From positions 1 through 13,273 of the forward strand of contig CAZUNO010000046.1 of the NCBI GenBank assembly GCA_964621445.1: a stretch of DNA of 13,273 nucleotides. The letters are read 5' to 3'. The translations under genes were made by a program, and so were the position numbers. The notes under the pieces were generated by a model, which was not told the DNA's origin, ran no database searches, and was given only the letters and a program-made list of their open reading frames with translations. Origin of the DNA: Candidatus Hadarchaeota archaeon. Lineage in GTDB: Archaea; CAYQAE01; CAYVLA01. Shown in pieces: positions 7,748-13,273 of the stretch (the first letter of the stretch is position 1; the number at the start of each line of letters is the position of its first letter).

Positions 7748-8983
7748 TTGAATACCGTGATCGCCCGTTACATCGCCGTTTTCGCCGCCGCATCCCTACT
7801 CTTCGTAGCGGGCTACTGTGCCCCTCATTTCGAGTCCACAAAGAGGATCGGCCTGCTCTGCATCGGTGATACCAGCTACGGTGAATCACCTATACTCGGA
7901 TGGCTCACTTTGGACTTTGCGGTACAGTGGCAAGAGCTGCCAACGAATGTTCAGGGGGTCCTGACCAACCAGGAGGCCATAAAGATGACCCGAATATACA
8001 CACCCCGTACGCTCGAGAGGCTTCTCGATCAGTACGATATGCTCCTGCTCCTTGAGCCAAAGATGCAGTGGTTCAGCCTTACCGAGATGGATCGATTCAA
8101 GAGATCCGTGGATGCGGGGGTATCCGTCCTCCTCACAATGTGGGGGCAGGACCCGGGCTACCTCTCGCTAGTGCAGACGGAATTGGCCAACGTCTTCCCG
8201 CAGGACTTCCCTCAGGTACATAAGACCGCGGAGTTAGCCCCATTCCGGATCGAGGTTGTTGAGAACAATCCTCCGGTCCTCGACGTCTTCATTCCGTTGG
8301 GTATCGAGAGGATCACCGGCGAGGACACGAGGCCAATGTTTCCGAAGCAGGGGAGCACGGTATGGGCCTGGGCCAACAAACCGAGCCTCTCAAAGATCCC
8401 CAAGGATGAATTCATAATATCCTGGAGCTACGGGGACAACGACGCGGAGAACTGGGTAATAGGGATCGACGTGGACGAGTCGTGGTTCAGGCGGACATCC
8501 GGAAACGAATACGGCGGTGATCTGGTCCTCAACATGATCTACTACTCCGTGGGAAAGGAGCTTCCCCCCGATATATTGCTGGTTCATCAGCTAAGGGATT
8601 CCTTCCACAAGTACAACATACGCAAGAATCTCATCTTCTCCACAATTGATTTCATACACGACTTCGGCGCCAATACAATGGAACTCGAGAGGGCAGTCGG
8701 TGAGGCCGATGACGGGCGATCCGTCGCCAGGACCCTCTTCCTCGAGGGCGAATACGATGCTTCCTATCAGAAGATACAGGAGATGATCGAGAAGGTCATC
8801 GAACTCAACCAGGAGGCCGTGAGGCTGAAGGAGAGGGCGCTGCTATGGATCTACCTCACGGAATGGTTCGCAGTGACCGGGACGGCGGTACTTGCCGGAT
8901 TCGTGCTCTACAGCCTGATGATCAGGCGCAGGCTGCACAGGGAGGTAGGTATAACTAGGTCAGAAAACGGGCGGAGTGTATAG
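7748..8983 (+). CDS. Membrane-anchored protein: signal peptide, class I glutamine-amidotransferase-like (DUF1355-like) domain, helical stalk, C-terminal TM segment
   Basis: Hydrophobic N-terminus (YIAVFAAASLLFVAG). LLDQYDMLLLLE...RSVDAGVSVLLT...TELANVFP resembles GATase1-like domains. C-terminal ALLWIYLTEWFAVTGTAVLAGFVLYSLMIRRR. Paralogous to 9030..9449. Confidence 0.8.
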   Translation: MNTVIARYIAVFAAASLLFVAGYCAPHFESTKRIGLLCIGDTSYGESPILGWLTLDFAVQWQELPTNVQGVLTNQEAIKMTRIYTPRTLERLLDQYDMLLLLEPKMQWFSLTEMDRFKRSVDAGVSVLLTMWGQDPGYLSLVQTELANVFPQDFPQVHKTAELAPFRIEVVENNPPVLDVFIPLGIERITGEDTRPMFPKQGSTVWAWANKPSLSKIPKDEFIISWSYGDNDAENWVIGIDVDESWFRRTSGNEYGGDLVLNMIYYSVGKELPPDILLVHQLRDSFHKYNIRKNLIFSTIDFIHDFGANTMELERAVGEADDGRSVARTLFLEGEYDASYQKIQEMIEKVIELNQEAVRLKERALLWIYLTEWFAVTGTAVLAGFVLYSLMIRRRLHREVGITRSENGRSV

Positions 8984-9029
8984 CTGCCGTGATACCGATT
9001 AATCCCCCCTCTTTGGGACGGCCTCTGGT

Positions 9030-9449
9030 TCAGCTCTCCTTCGCCATGGTAATATCGACCTCGCGGTAGAGGCGCCTTCTTACCATCAACGTCCAGATAA
9101 TTACCTCGATCAGCACAGCTGTACCGCTAACCGCAAGCCACTCCACCAGGTAAATCCAGAACAGCGCTTGGTCCTCAACTTCGATCGACTCTTTTGCCAG
9201 TCTCCCCAGCTCCACATAGGCCTGCTCAAGCTTTGCGAGACTATCCTCAAATCTATCTTCCATGTACAGCTGATCCGAATCCCGCTTTATCTGATCAACT
9301 TCATTAAGCCTGTCGTAATGCTTGTCCGTGGGCGCACCAAACTTCTCAACGAATTCGATAACAGCAGTCGCCAGAGTCCTCTCGTTCACATACGTCAAGG
9401 AATCGGATCTCATGGTGTGAACGAGTTCAATGTCCCTTGGTAAATCCAA
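9030..9449 (-). pseudogene. 5'-truncated paralog of the 7748..8983 protein (stalk and TM tail only)
   Basis: DLPRDIELVHTMR vs ELPPDILLVHQLR; IEFVEKFGAPT vs IDFIHDFGANT; ALFWIYLVEWLAVSGTAVL...LMVRRRLYREVDIT vs ALLWIYLTEWFAVTGTAVL...LMIRRRLHREVGIT. Upstream sequence switches abruptly to HsdS-like sequence. Confidence 0.85.
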
Positions 9450-9451
9450 GT

Positions 9452-9678
9452 GGCAGCATCGATCACCGCCTCCGTCCTCTCCTTCGCCTTCTGGACGACG
9501 GAAAGAACAGCCGTCATCTTGCGTTGTTCGAGCAATGGGGGAAGAGCGATTGGAATGCTCTTCATTACGCTTTGGTTCAGCTTTTTTCGAGTAGAATCTG
9601 ACGTGAAACGCCCTATATCATCGAAAATAAGCCGATAGAGCAGGAACATGTTCGTTGCTTTTCCCTCCAAAGGCCTAA
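9452..9678 (-). pseudogene. hsdS: Internal fragment of a type I restriction-modification specificity subunit
   Basis: RPLEGKATNMFLLYRL...DSTRKKLNQSVMKSIPIALPPLLEQRKMTAVLSVVQKAKERTEAVIDAA corresponds to the end of a TRD plus the IxIPLPPLxEQxxI conserved helical region of HsdS. No start and no hsdM/hsdR in the window. Confidence 0.85.
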
Positions 9679-9679
9679 A

Positions 9680-10120
9680 GTAATCGTCCCCGTTCTTGTT
9701 GTAGTAGACCAGGGCTGACACCTTAGTGGTGTGTGCCTTCATCACTGAAACGGGGCCGGAAGTTGAATGGGTTGGATAATGCATCGGCCCGGTGATTATG
9801 TCTTTTTTCCGGTATCTCAATCCATTCCTTGCCCGCTTTGGAGTCTAGACGATGAGCCTTCAGTCGTCTTAGATTGGAGGAAGGGGTGTCTCTATCATAG
9901 AGGTATTCTCCTTCAGCGTATACGAAATCACCTAAAGTCTTGCTTGGGCTTCGGCAAGGACAATACATGGTCTGCGGACAGTATTATTTCGTCTCACCCA
10001 ACATGTAATGGAGTCCAGTTCTCCGACAGGTTTCTATTATTTTTGTCATACGACCGGAGTATCCCCATTGGTCAGTGAGATTACGGGCACGGCACTATGA
10101 ACATGCTTTTTGTATTCCAT
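9680..10120 (-). pseudogene. Degraded unknown gene with multiple frameshifts and stops
   Basis: ATG 10120 follows AGGAG. Protein-like pieces occur in different frames (MEYKKHVHSAVPVISL; LGDFVYAEGEYLYDRD; KDIITGPMHYPT...LVYYNKNGDDYF), the last running in frame into the HsdS fragment. Confidence 0.4.
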
Positions 10121-10217
10121 GACCTTCAACTCCTGCGGGGCATGGAGCCAAGGCTGGGTGAGCAGAGCCACTGCATGCAGATCGGCTTTTGGAATCTCCT
10201 CCATGTCTAATACTCCC

Positions 10218-11981
10218 CTACTTTTGTTTGTGTTTTTTGGACCATAACATGATTTGGAAGGTGAGTATGCTGCATAGGGTTGTAGCGGTGAGTTCCGGTA
10301 TCTCTCCCCATGCCTCTAGAGCCTGGAACATGAACTTTGTACCCTCCAACATCAAGCCCGCCTCCAAATTCTTAGCCGCATTGTTAATCTTGTTGAGTAT
10401 TACCATCGGCACCGGGCTTTCCCTAGGATTTGCGAAACCCTGCTCCACATAGGGCTCCAACACACCTAAAATCTTTTCATAGGCTCCATCCAGAGACATA
10501 GCGACGGCTGTATTGGCAGCGTCGATATTACCGGCTTGTAGATCCTGAACCGCTTGCTCTAACCCGTTTTCAGCCTCAGCCAAAGACCCCAAACCAAGAG
10601 GCTCCCATAACTCCAACAATTCACCAAGTTGCTGGATCTTGGATGTAGCCTGAAGAGCGGACGGGTCAAACCCTACATCCAGCCCATAGATGAAGCACGG
10701 TAGATCATCAAGGGTCAAAGAAATTGTATCCAGTGTCTTCGGCGTCATGTTAGCCCCTACATACCAAGCTCCAGAAAAGCTCTCAGGCAGCTTCAAGACT
10801 CTAGAAGGGGGTTCTGTAGTCCTGGTTAACAGGAAGACCGACACATGGCTAGGACCAATAACAGGCCTCACCTCGATGCCCGGATACACGGTGAAAATGG
10901 GAGCAAAGCTCGCACCACCACTGTTAAACATGACCTCTTCCTGCAGTAATTCAAAAGCCAATCGATACTCATCCTTAGCACCCAGACGTGCATAGCTCCC
11001 GCCAGACTCGTATATCCAGAAGGTACCGTTGTACCTCATGGCGAAAGCCATATTCTGTAAAAGCCCGAACGGGTCCTGGTCATAGGTCCAAAGTCCCGGG
11101 ATGACCTTACCATTAATACCCCGCTCAACAAAAACCTCATGGTTATAATCAATCTTCCCCGTCTTATAACCGCCGTAATATGTGTCTTGGTGCCATGTGG
11201 TTACCGGCTGGTCCTGTGCCGAGAAGCCCTTCAAGATCGCAAGGTGGAACCAGCAATCATCCTCAAAACCCAAAGTCCCCAGATGCAGCTCCGGATTAAT
11301 AGCCCTTACCTTGTTCCTCGTCCTCCGAGCCATCCGGTACACAGCGTCCTCCTGCCATCTCTTGTAATCCTCAACCAAACCCCGAGACTCAAGCCAGTCA
11401 TGCCTCTCTGAACCAGGGATCGAAGGAATATCTCTACCCGTCTCGTTAGCAAAAAGCTCAACAGCAAGCCTATCAAAAGAGTAATAGTGGTAGGATTCGG
11501 GTACTTTCCACACATCAGCGCCATAGTACTCGATGTCCCAAAGAACTCCAGATATGGGGTAATTGAGGCTTAGATTCGCTACGGCAACAGCCACATCCTC
11601 CACCACCCGAGTCCAATACACATCATCAACCGGCGAAGGTGTAAGGTGATCCTGACGACCTACAAGATCAACCGCATGCTCATACTCAAAAGAAGGATTT
11701 CGTGCCATATAACGGGGCCCGCAAATGTAGTTGAGGCCGTTCACCTCCGCCTCAAGGCTCTCGTTAACCCAACCCTCGAAGGCGTCCTTACTATTTCTCT
11801 CCATGCGGCGAACGGAAAAGGTGCCCTTTGAATAAACGGCGTCGAAGCCCAATGCGGAGAGTTCTTGATAGTCCCACCCTCTAGCCTTCGGACAATACAT
11901 GGCTCTAAAAGACTCCAAGCCCAAACCCATCACCAGAGGCAGCAAAAACAGGGACATGACAAAAGGGAAAAACAACTTCAT
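10218..11981 (-). CDS. Secreted, C-terminally anchored glycoside-hydrolase-like TIM-barrel protein (GHL10/DUF187-like), 587 aa
   Basis: Signal peptide MKLFFPFVMSLFLLPLVMG from ATG 11981. ISGVLWDIEYY, YSFDRLAVELFANETG and VRAINPELHLG resemble GHL10-like barrels. A helical stalk is followed by an IPE + hydrophobic + KKHKQK tail. The ORF is clear; the family assignment is tentative. Confidence 0.7.
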   Translation of the reverse strand: MKLFFPFVMSLFLLPLVMGLGLESFRAMYCPKARGWDYQELSALGFDAVYSKGTFSVRRMERNSKDAFEGWVNESLEAEVNGLNYICGPRYMARNPSFEYEHAVDLVGRQDHLTPSPVDDVYWTRVVEDVAVAVANLSLNYPISGVLWDIEYYGADVWKVPESYHYYSFDRLAVELFANETGRDIPSIPGSERHDWLESRGLVEDYKRWQEDAVYRMARRTRNKVRAINPELHLGTLGFEDDCWFHLAILKGFSAQDQPVTTWHQDTYYGGYKTGKIDYNHEVFVERGINGKVIPGLWTYDQDPFGLLQNMAFAMRYNGTFWIYESGGSYARLGAKDEYRLAFELLQEEVMFNSGGASFAPIFTVYPGIEVRPVIGPSHVSVFLLTRTTEPPSRVLKLPESFSGAWYVGANMTPKTLDTISLTLDDLPCFIYGLDVGFDPSALQATSKIQQLGELLELWEPLGLGSLAEAENGLEQAVQDLQAGNIDAANTAVAMSLDGAYEKILGVLEPYVEQGFANPRESPVPMVILNKINNAAKNLEAGLMLEGTKFMFQALEAWGEIPELTATTLCSILTFQIMLWSKKHKQK

Positions 11982-12476
11982 ACCTGATTCACTAAATAAA
12001 TCACTACGGCAAAGCAATATATTTTTTTCTCAAGACTCGCTGAAGACATGATTAGCCAGCGTGCAGATTAACGGCTGGGGCTATGTTGCTGAGGCGAGTT
12101 GGAGGTACAGGGAAATATGATTCAGCAAATCGAGGTGCCAGTGATCAGTAATCTTCAAATTGAAATCGCCCACCCAGCTATGTAGCTTGAAATTGGGAAA
12201 CCCCTTTTGCACGAAGAGCCCAGAAGAGGGCCGGAAAGCAAGATCGCAGTCAATCTTATTGAAAAATCCCTTTGAGAGCGCCTCCCGGAGTTTTGTCACC
12301 GATTTCTAGAGAACCCTTCTGCTTCGATGATAAAGAGATACCCAAAAACGTGTTCGACGGAAAAAAGCTTGTATTTCATTTTTGGCGAAGACAAAGCCTC
12401 AACTCTGATTAGATACATGGGTCTCTTTACTATCTCAGCCTATTCATAAAAGGGGGCATTGGGACAAGATTGTTGG

Positions 12477-12638
12477 TTAGTTTTTGAGGATTACTAGGTA
12501 GGCTCGTTTTCCTATCCATTTTTTGGGTACTCCCACTCGGGCGGAGTTTCCGTGGGGTTTGATCTCTGCTTCGTAAACTGTTTCTATCTCGTCGGTTAGG
12601 GTTATCTTTTTGTTCTCGATCTTGATCTCCCGAGACAT
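12477..12638 (-). CDS. DUF2080-family (putative transposon-encoded) small protein, 53 aa; not in the ORF track
   Basis: Hand translation MSREIKIENKKITLTDEIETVYEAEIKPHGNSARVGVPKKWIGKRAYLVILKN* fits the DUF2080 pattern ExxxxPxGNSAxxxxPKxxIGKRAYxxI. A TATA-like box lies about 25 nt upstream. Confidence 0.88.
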   Translation of the reverse strand: MSREIKIENKKITLTDEIETVYEAEIKPHGNSARVGVPKKWIGKRAYLVILKN

Positions 12639-12642
12639 ACAT

Positions 12643-12674
12643 AGTTATACATGGATAACTTTAATATATATTTA
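12643..12674. promoter_or_regulatory. Bidirectional TATA region with an adjacent 18-bp near-palindromic operator-like site
   Basis: AGTTATACATGGATAACT (12643-12660; 16 of 18 positions symmetric) is followed by TTAATATATATTTA, roughly 25 nt from both ATG 12638 (-) and ATG 12693 (+). Confidence 0.7.
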
Positions 12675-12692
12675 GTTTTGGTGTGTTCATCG

Positions 12693-12872
12693 ATGCGGAT
12701 AACGAGGGAGAAGGCCAGATGCCTGGTGCAGGTACTGGAGGATGCCCGGGAGGATTACCAGAGGAGGGATGGAGACACGTCCACCCTCTGGGAGAGGCAG
12801 CGGAAAGGCATACTAGACCGTTTGAAGGATCTCACCGCCTGGTGGAGAAAGCAGCCACCCGCATACTGGTGA
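12693..12872 (+). CDS. Small hypothetical helical protein, 59 aa
   Basis: MRITREKARCLVQVLEDAREDYQRRDGDTSTLWERQRKGILDRLKDLTAWWRKQPPAYW; ATG sits at leaderless distance from the TATA box, and the sequence turns purine/GC-rich at this point. Confidence 0.65.
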   Translation: MRITREKARCLVQVLEDAREDYQRRDGDTSTLWERQRKGILDRLKDLTAWWRKQPPAYW

Positions 12873-12974
12873 ACGCCCCTTTAGAGGTAGGCCTCTGAAA
12901 TGAGTTCGACCCATGCTGAATCTCTTATGAAAAACATACCGGCATGACATTGCTCAGTTTACCGGTAAATTCGC

Positions 12975-13004
12975 GTTCGAACCCTCCTCCCGCACATTTT
13001 ACCA
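12975..13004 (+). repeat. attR-like degenerate copy of the tRNA-Leu 3' end
   Basis: GTTCGAACCCTCCTCCCGCACATTTTACCA differs from 27-57 only in the central C-rich tract (CACCCCCC vs TCCTCCC). Confidence 0.85.
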
Positions 13005-13145
13005 TTAGAACCATAACACTCAGCTGTCAATTCCTATCAACTAGAATTTTCGGGTTTAGACTCCTAAAAGGTCAGCTGCTCCGCACGATTCCGGTCTGGA
13101 ACAATAAGATCCTTCTCTCCACTCCCGACCGGCCAGATTCAGCAG

Positions 13146-13273
13146 CTAACAGTTCCATGAGACCCAGATGGGAAGGTGGTCACTGAGATACTTCTTCTCA
13201 CAACAACAGGCATTAAGTGCTTCTCGTTTCACAACCCCGTACTCCGAGATATGATTGGACAAAAGTTCCTTCA
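13146..13273 (-). CDS. 3' end of an endonuclease/exonuclease/phosphatase (EEP) family protein (partial, extends beyond window)
   Basis: Hand translation ...KELLSNHISEYGVVKREALNACCCEKKYLSDHLPIWVSWNC*; SDHLPI close to the C-terminus is the EEP catalytic SDHxP motif. Confidence 0.65.
   Translation of the reverse strand, partial: KELLSNHISEYGVVKREALNACCCEKKYLSDHLPIWVSWNC

Larger units (their letters stand above)
27..13004. mobile_element. Genomic island / degenerate integrated element at the tRNA-Leu 3' end, no integrase recognised
   Basis: Bounded by direct repeats of the tRNA 3' end. Base composition is visibly mosaic (GC-rich 270-5660, more AT-rich 10200-12700). Contains several gene fragments, an HsdS relic and a DUF2080-type gene. 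Confidence 0.75.

Noticed and set aside
12430-12642. 70-aa minus-strand ORF in the ORF track
   Set aside because: Wrong frame; the overlapping 12477..12638 frame gives a recognisable DUF2080-type protein.
12902-12912. GAGTTCGACCC resembling a tRNA T-loop (possible second att relic)
   Set aside because: Too short, with no flanking stem or acceptor-strand match.
1-13273. CRISPR array, IS element or intact defence system
   Set aside because: No regularly spaced repeats, transposase ORF or terminal inverted repeats were seen; only an HsdS fragment is present.

Overview
Archaeal-looking DNA: TATA-box promoters lie about 25 nt ahead of start codons and the tRNA is archaeal-type. The window opens inside the 3' half of a tRNA-Leu. 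A degenerate copy of that tRNA 3' end plus 10 nt of trailer recurs at 12975-13004, so about 12.9 kb appears to be an integrated island with no recognisable integrase. Cargo from left to right: a decayed + strand gene remnant; a minus-strand glycan-catabolism operon (a heparinase II/III-like protein apparently split by a 1-nt frameshift, then a frameshifted and 3'-truncated GH38 alpha-mannosidase); an MSTR/HxDGYP mobile-element-type protein; a Prx6-type peroxiredoxin; a membrane-anchored GATase-like protein facing a truncated paralog that is fused to an orphan HsdS fragment; a secreted TIM-barrel glycoside-hydrolase-like protein with an IPE-TM-basic tail; and, beside attR, a divergent pair of small genes (a DUF2080-type gene missed by the ORF track and a 59-aa protein) with a near-palindromic operator-like site between them. 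Beyond attR is the 3' end of an EEP-family gene. All family calls are motif recognition by eye, not database searches.
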